NCBI GenBank assembly: GCA_040754655.1
Contig: JBFMCE010000001.1
Coordinates: 1 to 64,000, forward strand
Reading direction: 5' to 3'
DNA length: 64,000 nt
From: Bdellovibrionota bacterium
GTDB lineage: Bacteria; Bdellovibrionota; UBA1018; UBA923
This document shows, piece by piece, positions 47,921-58,044 of this stretch (within the stretch, counting starts at the first letter, position 1; each line of letters begins with the position of its first letter). Both the position numbers and the translations under genes were made by a program. A model generated the notes under the pieces. That model ran no database searches and was not told where the DNA came from. It saw only the letters and a list, made by a program, of their open reading frames with translations.

Positions 47921-49176
47921 ATTATGAAAATACCTTGGAATTCGCGCGACAGATGGATGGGCGCGATCTGCTTAAGGAGTTTCGCAATGAGTTTTGTTTT
48001 CCTCTCGATGCTCAAGGAAAACCCGTGCGTTATTTCGCGGGCAATTCTTTGGGCCTGCAACCCAAGAGAGCGCAGGAGTATGTCGTTCAAGAGCTGGCCG
48101 ACTGGGCAAGACTTGGGGTTGAAGGCCATTTTCACGCAAAGAATCCTTGGCTTCCTTACCATGAGACCGTGACTGAGGGTTTGGCGCGCATCGTGGGCGC
48201 GCAACCCATCGAAGTCGTGGCGATGAATAGCCTCACGGTGAATTTGCACCTGATGATGGTGAGTTTTTATCAACCCACTCGTGAGCGCTATAAGATTTTG
48301 ATCGAAGCAGGCGCCTTCCCCTCAGATCAGTATGCAGTGGCTTCGCAAGTTCGGTTTCACGGATTTGACCCAAAGGATGCGATCGTAGAACTCAAACCCA
48401 GGCCAGGAGAGTCTGCACTGCGGACCGAGGATATCGTTGCCCGAATTCAAGCTGAGAAAACCTCTCTCGCGCTTGTTCTCTTGGGTGGGGTGAACTACTT
48501 GACAGGGCAAGCTTTTGAGATCGCTGAAATCACCAAGGCCGCGCATCAAGTGGGCGCTATGGCAGGATTTGACCTTGCTCACGGGGCGGGCAATCTCTTG
48601 CTCAAACTCCATGACTGGAAGGTCGATTTCGCGGTTTGGTGCAGCTATAAGTATTTAAACTCAGGGCCTGGGGCGATCGCAGGATGTTTCGTGCACGAGA
48701 GGCATGCTCGGGCGGATTTGCCGAGGTTCGCCGGCTGGTGGGGACATGACAAGAAGACGCGATTTTTGATGGGCCCTGATTTTCAGGCCATACCGGGTGC
48801 CGAGGGTTGGCAACTGAGCAACCCGCCGATATTTCAGCTTGCGGCTCTGCGAGCTTCTCTTGAGCTTTTTGATCGCGCAACGATGCCGGAGCTCAAGAAA
48901 AAATCAGAACTTCTTACAGGATACCTTGAGTTTTTGCTCAAGCAGATCCCAGCGGTTTCGATCATCACTTCGGCTTTCGCTGGTCAGCGTGGGTGTCAGC
49001 TCTCATTCAAGTGGAGAGACGATGCCAAGGGTCTGATCCGTGATTTGACGAAACAAGGGATTGTCTGTGACTTTCGTGAACCCGATGTCATTCGCGCAGC
49101 TCCCGTTCCGCTCTATACGAGTTTCGAGGATGTGCATGCTTTGGGAGAAGGACTGATGCGGTATGCAGGCGCGTAA
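47917..49176 (+). CDS. kynU: Kynureninase
   Basis: GNSLGLQP, MNSLTVNLH, FPSD.Y, DLAH..GN, WCSYKYLNSGPG. Confidence 0.97.
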   Translation: MNYENTLEFARQMDGRDLLKEFRNEFCFPLDAQGKPVRYFAGNSLGLQPKRAQEYVVQELADWARLGVEGHFHAKNPWLPYHETVTEGLARIVGAQPIEVVAMNSLTVNLHLMMVSFYQPTRERYKILIEAGAFPSDQYAVASQVRFHGFDPKDAIVELKPRPGESALRTEDIVARIQAEKTSLALVLLGGVNYLTGQAFEIAEITKAAHQVGAMAGFDLAHGAGNLLLKLHDWKVDFAVWCSYKYLNSGPGAIAGCFVHERHARADLPRFAGWWGHDKKTRFLMGPDFQAIPGAEGWQLSNPPIFQLAALRASLELFDRATMPELKKKSELLTGYLEFLLKQIPAVSIITSAFAGQRGCQLSFKWRDDAKGLIRDLTKQGIVCDFREPDVIRAAPVPLYTSFEDVHALGEGLMRYAGA

Positions 49177-50560
49177 GACGTCTAAAAGCATCTCGATCGT
49201 TGGCGCAGGCCCCGTGGGATCTCTTCTGGCCGTCTTCCTTTCTCGTCGTGGGCACAAGGTGACGCTTTTTGAAAGGCGCCCTGACATGCGCAAAGAGACG
49301 ATCAGCGCGGGGCGCTCGATCAACCTGGCTGTGTCAACGCGTGGTCTTCATGCGCTCTCGCAACTGGGGCTTGAAGAAGAAGTTTTAAAGCAAGCCATTC
49401 CGATGCGAGGCAGGCTGATGCATGCGGTTCAGGGGAACCTTACTTTTCAGGCCTATGGAAAGGAGGAGTCGGAATTCATCAACTCGGTCTCTAGAGGCGC
49501 GTTGAATAAATTGCTGCTCTCGAAAGCCGAAGAGTCAAGCCATGCGAAGGTCGTCTTCAATGAGCGAGTGACGGGGGCCGATTTTGAGACCAGCACCCTG
49601 CATCTCAAGAATGAGCGCACCGGCGAAAGGACCGAATTCACCTCGGACTTCATCATTGGCACCGATGGCAGCGCCTCAGCCGTGCGTTCTGAAATGCTAA
49701 GGCGCCCTGGGTACGTCTCGTCAGAGGAAAAGCTCAACTATGGTTACAAAGAGCTTCACATCGCACCAGCCGAACGCGGTGGGTTTCGCCTTGAGAAGAA
49801 CGCGCTTCATATCTGGCCGCGCGGCACTTTCATGCTGATCGCTCTTCCAAATCATGACGGCAGCTTCACCTGCACGCTCTTTTTGCCTTTTGAAGGAATG
49901 ATGGGCTTTTCAGCTTTGAACACCGCTCGCGAGATTTCTTCTTTTTTTGAAGGGAACTTTCCAGATGTCGTTCCGCTGCTTCCGGATCTTTCACGGATGT
50001 TCTTTGAAAATCCCACGGGCCACATGGTTACTGTGAAGTGTTATCCTTGGAGCGTTGTAGGCAGGGCTCTTCTCATGGGCGACGCTGCTCACGCTATAGT
50101 GCCGTTTTTTGGGCAGGGAATGAATTGCGGCTTCGAGGACTGCACGGTCTTGATGGATTGCCTTGATGAGTGCCGCGAGGATTTCACCGGTGCGTTTCAT
50201 CTTTTCGAAAAGCGCAGAAAACCCAATAGCGATGCGATCGCCGATATGGCGGTCGAGAATTTCACCGAGATGCGCGATAAAGTGGGTGATCCGAGATTCT
50301 TGCTTGAAAAGGCGATCGAAAAGCGGCTTCAAGAAAAATTTCCAAATCGTTATATCTCGCGTTATGCACTGGTTACGTTTCGGCGCGAACCTTATCGCTT
50401 CGCTTATGAAGCGGGGATCGCGCAGAATGAGATCTTAAACGAGCTTTGCCAGGGCATCTCAACTGCGGAACAGCTCGATCTCGAGAAGGCCGATCAATTG
50501 ATCCGCGAGAAACTTGATCCGATGTTCGGTAAAATCAGGAAGGATGTGTATGGATCTTAA
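49163..50560 (+). CDS. kmo: Kynurenine 3-monooxygenase
   Basis: GAGPVG, GRSINLA.S.RG, ALHIWPRG, GDAAHAIVPF.GQGMNCGFED. Confidence 0.96.
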   Translation: MQARKTSKSISIVGAGPVGSLLAVFLSRRGHKVTLFERRPDMRKETISAGRSINLAVSTRGLHALSQLGLEEEVLKQAIPMRGRLMHAVQGNLTFQAYGKEESEFINSVSRGALNKLLLSKAEESSHAKVVFNERVTGADFETSTLHLKNERTGERTEFTSDFIIGTDGSASAVRSEMLRRPGYVSSEEKLNYGYKELHIAPAERGGFRLEKNALHIWPRGTFMLIALPNHDGSFTCTLFLPFEGMMGFSALNTAREISSFFEGNFPDVVPLLPDLSRMFFENPTGHMVTVKCYPWSVVGRALLMGDAAHAIVPFFGQGMNCGFEDCTVLMDCLDECREDFTGAFHLFEKRRKPNSDAIADMAVENFTEMRDKVGDPRFLLEKAIEKRLQEKFPNRYISRYALVTFRREPYRFAYEAGIAQNEILNELCQGISTAEQLDLEKADQLIREKLDPMFGKIRKDVYGS

Positions 50561-51287
50561 ACTCAAAGGCAAACGGGCCCTGGTATTAGGGGCTTCAATG
50601 GGTTTGGGGCGCTCTATCGCGCAAATGCTCGCAAGCGAAGGGGCTCGTGTCGCGATATGCTCGAGGAATAAGGATCAGCTTGAAAAAACCGCTCGCGAGA
50701 TCAAAGCCGAGGTTGCGCTGCCATCGGATCTGACGAAACCACAGGCTGCGATAAATCTGGTCGACGACGTGAAACAAAAACTGGGTGGGATTGATATCTT
50801 GGTCACCAATAGCGGAGGACCCCCGAAAGGAATTTTCTCCGAGATCAAAACGGAAGACTGGCTGAGTGGTTTTCAGGGGCTCTGGATCAGCGCGGTCGAA
50901 GCCATCCAAGCCGTTCTTCCGGAGATGAAAGACAGGCGATGGGGCCGTATCCTGCTGGTGACGTCAGTCGCGGCAAAAGAGCCCATGCCTAGTCTTACGG
51001 TCTCAAACGGCTTGCGTGCGGGCTTGTTGGGACTTTCAAAAAGCTTGAGCCATGAAGTCGCGCGATATGGAGTCACGGTAAACGCTCTTCTCCCAGGTTA
51101 CACGCGTACCGAACGGCTCAGGGAACTTGGCGTTTCGGAAGAAAAGATGACGGCCCATATTCCTGCGGGAAGGCTTGGCGAACCTGAAGAGCTTGCCGCG
51201 TTGGCGACGTTTCTGGCTTCAGAGCAAGCGGCCTATGTCACAGGGCAAATGATCGCCTGCGACGGCGGTTACCTGCGTGGACTGTAA
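50550..51287 (+). CDS. SDR oxidoreductase, atypical (no YxxxK; SNGLR instead)
   Basis: GASMGLG, NSGGP, SNGLRAG, LPGYT.T.RL; overlaps the kmo stop. Confidence 0.88.
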   Translation: MDLKLKGKRALVLGASMGLGRSIAQMLASEGARVAICSRNKDQLEKTAREIKAEVALPSDLTKPQAAINLVDDVKQKLGGIDILVTNSGGPPKGIFSEIKTEDWLSGFQGLWISAVEAIQAVLPEMKDRRWGRILLVTSVAAKEPMPSLTVSNGLRAGLLGLSKSLSHEVARYGVTVNALLPGYTRTERLRELGVSEEKMTAHIPAGRLGEPEELAALATFLASEQAAYVTGQMIACDGGYLRGL

Positions 51288-51310
51288 ATAGGATACGACC
51301 CACGAACCCT

Positions 51311-52546
51311 ATGCGAATAAAGACGGCCTTGATCAAACTGCTCCATCTCAAGTCTTGGAAAGACTTAGGCAGGCTTCCTCGGCCGCTCTGGTTTCTTTCG
51401 TTTGCAGCGCTGATCAACCGAATGGGCACGATGGCAGTGCCGTTTTTAGTTTTGTACCTGACCCAACAAGAAAAACTTTCAGCCGAACGGGCCGCATTCG
51501 CTTTGGCGCTCTACGGTGCCGGAGCCATGTTGGGCAGCCTCTTTTCAGGCTGGCTTTGCGACCGATGGCATCCGCTTCGCGTGATGCAATCTTCCCTATT
51601 GATGTCGTCGATCTTTCTGCTTTCTTTCCCATCCGTGCATGGACACGCTTTGATTTACGCGGTGACCTTCGTTTGGGGGCTCGTGACGGAGTCTTATCGC
51701 CCGGCCAGCATGGTTTTGGTTTCGGATATAGCGCCGGCGCCTCAGCGCAAACAAGCCTTTGTTCTTTACCGGCTTGCGATCAACCTCGGAATGAGCATCG
51801 GGCCGGCGATTGGTGGGTTTTTGGCAGAAGTCTCATTTCGATCGATCTTTGTCGTGGATGGGATATTCACCTTCGGAACGTTTCTCATCATGATTTTTGG
51901 GATGCGCGAGACCGCCGCAAAGAAAACTGCAGCGACTTCATCAGAGGAAAAGTCGCGGCGAAATGGGTTTGTTACCGCTTTATCTGATTTGCGATACATG
52001 GCTTTTTTAGCGGGAGTGACCTTTATCGGGATCGTCTTTTTTCAGCACGAGTCGTCGATGCCGCTTTTCATGGTCAACGATCTGCGCCTTCTTCCTTCGG
52101 TGTATGGAATGATGTTCACCATCAATGCGGCCATGATCGTTTTCCTCGAAGTTCCCGTCAATGCGGCGACTGAGCATTGGTCGTACAGAAAAACACTGAT
52201 CGTGGGGGCAATGCTTTTTGCGATTGGCAATGGAGCCCTTCTCTTCGTGAGTTCAGGTTTGGGCGTGGCTCTCACCGTAGCGATTTGGACGGTGGGTGAA
52301 ATGATCTTTTTTCCAAGCAGCGCCGCCTATATTTCAGAGATGGCGCCCTCGCGCAATCGAGGCCAATACATGGCGTTGTTCAATTTATCATTTAGTTTCG
52401 CTTCAATGTTCGGCCGTTGGGCGGGCACGCTGGTCTTGGTTCAATTAGGCGCCAATGCGCTTTGGATCGGCGTATTTTTACTGGGATGCATTGCTTCAGC
52501 GATCTTCGCGAGAACCCAGGCCGCGCGAACCGCGTCATCAGGCTAG
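51311..52546 (+). CDS. MFS transporter
   Basis: About 12 TM; GWLCDRW motif A; NLGMSIGPAIGG. Confidence 0.9.
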   Translation: MRIKTALIKLLHLKSWKDLGRLPRPLWFLSFAALINRMGTMAVPFLVLYLTQQEKLSAERAAFALALYGAGAMLGSLFSGWLCDRWHPLRVMQSSLLMSSIFLLSFPSVHGHALIYAVTFVWGLVTESYRPASMVLVSDIAPAPQRKQAFVLYRLAINLGMSIGPAIGGFLAEVSFRSIFVVDGIFTFGTFLIMIFGMRETAAKKTAATSSEEKSRRNGFVTALSDLRYMAFLAGVTFIGIVFFQHESSMPLFMVNDLRLLPSVYGMMFTINAAMIVFLEVPVNAATEHWSYRKTLIVGAMLFAIGNGALLFVSSGLGVALTVAIWTVGEMIFFPSSAAYISEMAPSRNRGQYMALFNLSFSFASMFGRWAGTLVLVQLGANALWIGVFLLGCIASAIFARTQAARTASSG

Positions 52547-52627
52547 CTTTCTTTCTTGGCGTCGGGTTTGCAGCACTCTCGCTATTTCAGAGGTTAAGAT
52601 ACGACTTTGAAAGCGAGGGAGGAAGCA

Positions 52628-52921
52628 ATGTTCATCACTTATGAGCTTGAACAGACGGGCGACGGTCTTAGAGAGACTGAGACGCCACCGGTGCTAGCTT
52701 ACAAAGAATTTACCGTTCCCGGCGAGGTTCTCAGTTGGAAGGTGGGCGAGTTTGAAAATCCATCGGGCTCAAACTCTTACGGAGTAAAAGTAAGTTACCT
52801 CAACGCCGAGGGGGAGCCGGAAATGCAGGTTATACCGGTTCCGGCATCGTCAAGAAACGTCGAGGTGCACCGTGATAAACTTCCGGAAAAATTTGAGCAG
52901 GCGATAAACCGGGCGGCATAG
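52628..52921 (+). CDS. Hypothetical protein
   Basis: GGAGGA RBS, 97-aa ORF followed by hairpin ACGGC-N6-GCCGT. Confidence 0.6.
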   Translation: MFITYELEQTGDGLRETETPPVLAYKEFTVPGEVLSWKVGEFENPSGSNSYGVKVSYLNAEGEPEMQVIPVPASSRNVEVHRDKLPEKFEQAINRAA

Positions 52922-53002
52922 ATACGGCTATCAAGCCGTTCCCTTGCATCGTGGTGGTCTTCGTTTTGCAGAAGCTAGCATTGCAGTGAAAGGAGATTTT
53001 TT

Positions 53003-53188
53003 ATGTTATTTGGACGACTCTCAAATCCGAGATTCAACCGTTTCGGAAGATTAGGCGTGCTTGGAATAGGCGCTTTGTATCTTTGGCGCAATCGCAGCAA
53101 GTATTTGAACCAAACCGGCGGATCGACCGACCAAGATGTTTCGCATTCGAGCACCGAGGACATGCAGAGCGATAAGATATCAAGGTAA
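53003..53188 (+). CDS. Small single-TM protein
   Basis: AAAGGAG RBS; LGVLGIGALYLWRNR hydrophobic segment. Confidence 0.55.
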   Translation: MLFGRLSNPRFNRFGRLGVLGIGALYLWRNRSKYLNQTGGSTDQDVSHSSTEDMQSDKISR

Positions 53189-53227
53189 GTCTCTACGCGT
53201 TCGGGCGGAAGCGATTCAGTCCGTCTC

Positions 53228-54475
53228 TCAATGAGAAGCGTCGTATTCTTTTTTCTCAACTGAGCGCTCTACCTTCCAAAACAGGATGGGTAAGAAGGCG
53301 GATAGAACACTTGAGATGACCGCGAGGTAGGGCATTCCGACAAGGGAACCGTTAGGCTCTTCATGCAAGACTTTAGCGGCGTAGAATGCGCCGACCGCGC
53401 TGGCGATGTGTTGAACTGCTGATTGCAGCGACATGAACCTGGCTCTTTCGTTAGGACGGGGCACGCGCGATGCCAAACTTGTGATCGCTACTGACCGGAT
53501 TGACATGGATACCATGAAAATCACGAAAATCAGTCCGGGAGGAAGCAACGGAGGAACCTGGGCATAGCCTAGAAGAAGGATCGTAATAAAGATCACTGTC
53601 GAAGCTGTTCCAACAACGAAGGGCCCTATATCGTCGACATACCGGCCGGCCAGGCGCATGGCCACGAAACTCGAAGTTCCTCCGATGAGATAGAGCAGGC
53701 CCAAACGTTCGCGAGGAAATCCAAGATTGAATTGAAAATAAGCCGAAAGATTTGGAATCACTGAAAATGCCGCGAACATCCCGAGGCCCACGAGCATGTA
53801 ATTGAAAAGCACTTCAGCGCGAAGAAGCGCCCTGACGCTTTTCAAAAAGCCTTGCTTTGGCAGATCCAAATGGGCTTTCATCGGGGGAAGGATGAGACCC
53901 GCGTACGCAGTCACCGCGAGAATCAGTGCCCCGACGGCAAAAAACGGAGTGCGCCATCCTCCGACGCGCGCGAGTTCAAGCCCTGCCGGAATCCCAAAGA
54001 CAGATGCGATCGAAAATGCACCCATGACCACCCCCATGGCGCGTCCACGGCGATCGGGAGGCACGGTATCCGCGATGATCGAGAGCGCAAGCGACGTGGC
54101 AGGGCCGCCAAAAGCTCCTGCAATCCAGCGAGTCACAAGCAATGCATCACCGTGGGAGGCCAATCCTCCGACTAAGGTAGCTATGCCGAGGAAGAACAAC
54201 GAAAAGAGTAGTGCTTTCCTTCGATCAAACCGATCCAAGACGATTGCGCCTAGTAGACCAGCGATGGCCGCCGAAGCTGTATAGCTTCCTCCAATCCAGC
54301 CAAGTTTTGAGAGCGGAATTGAGAGCTCCCTGGCGAAGTCGGGCCCTAAAGGCATGACCATCATGAAATCAAGCACATTGACGAATTGCACTGCGGCGAT
54401 CATCAAGACGATTTTTCGTTCGTGTTTGAGCTCAAGCTTTGGGGGAGCCGAACGGGACAAGGAGGTTTCAGTCAC
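53228..54475 (-). CDS. MFS transporter
   Basis: QF.NVLDFMMVMPLGP, DRFDRR, RGRAMG.VM.AFS.ASV.G.P. Confidence 0.92.
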   Translation of the reverse strand: MTETSLSRSAPPKLELKHERKIVLMIAAVQFVNVLDFMMVMPLGPDFARELSIPLSKLGWIGGSYTASAAIAGLLGAIVLDRFDRRKALLFSLFFLGIATLVGGLASHGDALLVTRWIAGAFGGPATSLALSIIADTVPPDRRGRAMGVVMGAFSIASVFGIPAGLELARVGGWRTPFFAVGALILAVTAYAGLILPPMKAHLDLPKQGFLKSVRALLRAEVLFNYMLVGLGMFAAFSVIPNLSAYFQFNLGFPRERLGLLYLIGGTSSFVAMRLAGRYVDDIGPFVVGTASTVIFITILLLGYAQVPPLLPPGLIFVIFMVSMSIRSVAITSLASRVPRPNERARFMSLQSAVQHIASAVGAFYAAKVLHEEPNGSLVGMPYLAVISSVLSAFLPILFWKVERSVEKKEYDASH

Positions 54476-54935
54476 GAGGTGATAATATCAATTCATAGGC
54501 TTGATCACAACGATTTGCTAGGTGTTTTGCCTCAATGGGCTTGAAACCAAACTTCTTGTACAACTCTATCGCCTCTTTGAGAGCGGAAGCGGTTTCAAGT
54601 TGAATTTTCGCGAACCCGAGGTCTCTTGCTTTTTCTATAGCTCGCGTAAGCAGCGTTTTTCCAAGTCCTTTTCCCCTATGTTTGTCTGAGAGGTACATCT
54701 TCCTCAATTCACAAGTCTGGTCTGAGAGGTGATTGAGGCCAAACGTTCCTATGATTTTCCCGCCGAGCTCTAAAACCTCGAAATAACCTCGGTGGGAAAA
54801 GTAGAATTCCTCTAAGTCTTCAAGATCCCTGTCGATACCTGAAGAGTCTGGCGCCAACCCGTATTCGCGGAGCACTGAGAAGACGAGTTCTTTGATTTGC
54901 CCCAGATCGGCGTTGCATGCTCTACGAAAGACCAC
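54468..54935 (-). CDS. GNAT N-acetyltransferase
   Basis: CELRKMYL...RGKGLGK, LET...L..A..LY.K.GF; GTG start 54935 just after the antiporter stop. Confidence 0.9.
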   Translation of the reverse strand: MVFRRACNADLGQIKELVFSVLREYGLAPDSSGIDRDLEDLEEFYFSHRGYFEVLELGGKIIGTFGLNHLSDQTCELRKMYLSDKHRGKGLGKTLLTRAIEKARDLGFAKIQLETASALKEAIELYKKFGFKPIEAKHLANRCDQAYELILSPRD

Positions 54936-54936
54936 T

Positions 54937-57177
54937 TCAAGCCTCTTCCTTTTGGATGGCGGGTTTTGGACCCAAATCTTGGATAAGCTTCGACACACGG
55001 TCGCTTTGTCCCACGATGAGCACATAGTCTTCAATTTCAAGCACCATGTCGGTATCGGGATTCATGATTCTGCGGCCTCGCCTTTCGATGCCCACGACCA
55101 TCGCCCCGTAATTCTCCCTGATCTTCGAATCCCTGATGCTTCTGCCGAGAAGCGGCGATACGTCATCGATGAACAAACGCATGAGTTCGTATTCATCGAT
55201 ATGCATTTTGTGCTCAACAATCCCCGGCGGTTTCTCGATCATCGAACGGGCGGCGTCGACTTGTTCATCGGTTCCCAAGACTAAAAGTTCATCTTTCGGG
55301 AAGATTTGCGAATCGGGTTCAGGAGAAATCAGCGTTCTTGATCCTCGGTGGATGGCGACGATGTTCAATCCGAAGCGTTTTCGCAATTCAACCTTCGCGA
55401 TGGCCTTGCCTGCGATGTCTGAATCGGGATGAACTCGAAGCTGCACAAGGTGAGCGTTCCACGGTGCGAGCCTTTTCAGGGCATCTGATGGGTGTTTTGA
55501 TTTTTTTTCGGAAGCATCAAAGGTCGAAAGAAATTGACGTTCAAACCAATGGTACGAAGCTTCAAGCCTTCGATAGAACTTAGCAAAAAAGATGGCCGAA
55601 AGCGCCGCTACCGAGATTCCGACGTATTTTGCCGGAAAGAACGCGAGACTGACGGCGCCAAGCCAGAGAAGAGTGAGGATCTGTATCAAAAAAGTGTAAC
55701 TTCCTCCTGAGAGCGGGTTTTTCCCCTCGGCATAGGCTGTGGTCATCATGGCCCATGTAAAGGGCGCCGAAATCAAAATGGCCAGCATCCAAGCGCCTGC
55801 ATGCGCTGCGATTGGATTTTTGACGAAGTCCTCGAGAACCGGGTTCGCGAACCTCGCGACCATCACCCAGATCGCCGTGACTACTACCCCGTTTACGAAC
55901 CACTTCAAAAGTTGCCGGTAAAAAGCGCTTCTATTAGCGGTTGAAATACGGCGTTGCTCGCTCCAAGCGACGTAGCGCGCTAGAAAATCCGCTGCTCGGG
56001 CAGGCAACCGTCTTTCAATGGCCAGCGCGGACTTGTGCGAAACGCGAATCAAGTAAGGAGTCGTTAGCGTCGTAAGAAGCGAAACCGCAACTCCAACTGG
56101 ATAGAGAAAGTCGCTTGTAACGCCCAGGGTTAACCCCAGGCTTGCGATGATAAACGAAAATTCACCGATCTGCGCGAGCCCAAATCCCACTTGAACCGAG
56201 GTTTTCAGTGTTTGCCCGGTTAAGAGGGCTCCGGCAGTTGTGCTGAAGATTTTACCGACGACCGTGATTAGAGTGATGATCAAGACAGGCCATCGGTATT
56301 CCCAGATCGTCGAGGGTTCCATCAGCATCCCGACCGAGACGAAAAAGATCGCGGCAAAAACATCGCGAAGAGGTTTTATAAGTTCTTCGATGCGGTGCGA
56401 TTCCGTGCTTTCCGCCAAAATTGATCCCATGATGAAAGCCCCAAGCGCAACTGAGTAATCCAGTTCAGCGGCTGCTACGACAAGAAGAAGACAAAGCCCG
56501 AGTGAAAGGGTGGTGAGCATCTCATCAGAACCCGTCTTTCCAACGGCTCTGACGATTCTCGGAACAAGGAAGTAGCCGACGATGAACCAAACGCCTACGA
56601 CCAAAAAGAGTTTCGCTGACGAAAGAGCAAGGGCTGGCACAGAAAAGCTTTGATTCATCGCAAGAGTGGAAAGGGCGACCAAGATCAAGATCGCGACCAG
56701 ATCTTCGACGATCAAGACTCCAAAGATCACCTGGGCGAACCTTTTGCTCTTAAGGCCCAGTTCATCCAAAGCTTTGATGATGATGGTCGTGGATGAGATC
56801 GAAAGCATGGCGCTCAAAAACAAGCTGTCGTAAAAAGACCAGCCAAATAGTTTGCCGCATGCGAAGCCCAGCGACATCATGAAAATCACTTCCACGATGG
56901 CAGTGATGCTGGCAGATACGCCGACCTTTGCAAGTTTTCGGAAGCTGAACTCAAGCCCCAAGCTGAACATCAAGAAAATCACGCCCAGCTCGGCCCAAAC
57001 TTTGATGTTCGGGATATCGGTGACCAGGGGAAAAGGCGGGGTATGAGGGCCTATGATGAATCCGGCGATGATGTAGCCTAAAACAACGGGTTGTCTGATG
57101 CGTTGAAACAAAAACGTAACAATGCCGGCTACTGCTAGAATGATCGCAAGATCACGAATGAGTGGCGCTAGATGCAT
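54937..57177 (-). CDS. CPA2 cation:proton antiporter with two TrkA-C (RCK-C) domains
   Basis: QPVVLGYI.AG, ISSTTII, QIGEFSFIIA; two repeats of GL.IVAI.RG...P.......D.LLV.G. Confidence 0.92.
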   Translation of the reverse strand: MHLAPLIRDLAIILAVAGIVTFLFQRIRQPVVLGYIIAGFIIGPHTPPFPLVTDIPNIKVWAELGVIFLMFSLGLEFSFRKLAKVGVSASITAIVEVIFMMSLGFACGKLFGWSFYDSLFLSAMLSISSTTIIIKALDELGLKSKRFAQVIFGVLIVEDLVAILILVALSTLAMNQSFSVPALALSSAKLFLVVGVWFIVGYFLVPRIVRAVGKTGSDEMLTTLSLGLCLLLVVAAAELDYSVALGAFIMGSILAESTESHRIEELIKPLRDVFAAIFFVSVGMLMEPSTIWEYRWPVLIITLITVVGKIFSTTAGALLTGQTLKTSVQVGFGLAQIGEFSFIIASLGLTLGVTSDFLYPVGVAVSLLTTLTTPYLIRVSHKSALAIERRLPARAADFLARYVAWSEQRRISTANRSAFYRQLLKWFVNGVVVTAIWVMVARFANPVLEDFVKNPIAAHAGAWMLAILISAPFTWAMMTTAYAEGKNPLSGGSYTFLIQILTLLWLGAVSLAFFPAKYVGISVAALSAIFFAKFYRRLEASYHWFERQFLSTFDASEKKSKHPSDALKRLAPWNAHLVQLRVHPDSDIAGKAIAKVELRKRFGLNIVAIHRGSRTLISPEPDSQIFPKDELLVLGTDEQVDAARSMIEKPPGIVEHKMHIDEYELMRLFIDDVSPLLGRSIRDSKIRENYGAMVVGIERRGRRIMNPDTDMVLEIEDYVLIVGQSDRVSKLIQDLGPKPAIQKEEA

Positions 57178-57339
57178 GCTCTAGTTCTGTCGGGAATAGA
57201 CGGGTTCGTCAATGGACTCGAAGAGAGACGTAAAATAACGGTAAGAAAGTACCAAAGCGCTTGGCGCTGAGTTTGTTCAAGATGGATGCCTTCCTGTTCT
57301 CAATAAAGAACGGGTTTTATGTCTTCGACTAAAATAGCT

Positions 57340-57858
57340 TCAAGGAGATGCTTGCGGAATTGTTGCCTTCTGTACTGCCGCCATCTTCACTTCGCAGCTG
57401 AGAAGAAGCGCAAGATAGGGGGCTTTTTCTCCTGTGGCCAGCGGAATCGCCAACGACAGGCTAAGCAGGTTTCTTGTGCTATTGCCGTCGATTTTCGCTT
57501 TCCCCTGAGCCGAGAGACTTGAGTCGGTATTGTAAATTGCAGCTAAAAGATTACCCTTCTTGAACTTCGTATTGTAGTCTGCATTCACCAAGATACTGAG
57601 GTTGAGCTTTTCCAAGACGAGCTTGGTTTCGCCGAAAGCAGTGGTGTTTTTTGCGTTAGTTGCCTCGAATTCTTTTGAGAGATCAACATGTATCGCCGAA
57701 GTGCCCTTGGCTTTCTCGATGTTATAAGTTGAGTGTTCCAGGTCGCATTCTAGTTTCGCCGGAACAAGTTCTTGCGCATTCTTTTGAGCATTTTCTTGGG
57801 CATGCGAAACAGCTGCAAACAATAAAAGTGAACAAAGAAACAGGTTCTGAAACTTCAT
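57340..57858 (-). CDS. Exported hypothetical protein
   Basis: MKFQNLFLCSLLLFAAVSHA signal peptide; paired Cys, beta-rich. Confidence 0.65.
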   Translation of the reverse strand: MKFQNLFLCSLLLFAAVSHAQENAQKNAQELVPAKLECDLEHSTYNIEKAKGTSAIHVDLSKEFEATNAKNTTAFGETKLVLEKLNLSILVNADYNTKFKKGNLLAAIYNTDSSLSAQGKAKIDGNSTRNLLSLSLAIPLATGEKAPYLALLLSCEVKMAAVQKATIPQASP

Positions 57859-58044
57859 TTTTCGAGGCTCCTTTTTAGAAGGTCTTGGTGGTGCGCTAAC
57901 AAATGCTTCGCCCTGGGTCAAGTCGTCCATTTGTTTCATTGAACTGTCTTATCGGCCACTTCTTCGCTTAGCGTCGCGACGGTTTCCATCCTGAAATGAC
58001 CTCTAAATTCTTTCCTTATGACCAAAGTTCGGTATCCTAAAGGC

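Noticed and set aside
54936..55040. Extended GNAT N-terminus in the ORF track
   Set aside because: Overlaps the antiporter C-terminus; GTG 54935 with an upstream purine-rich RBS is the more plausible start.
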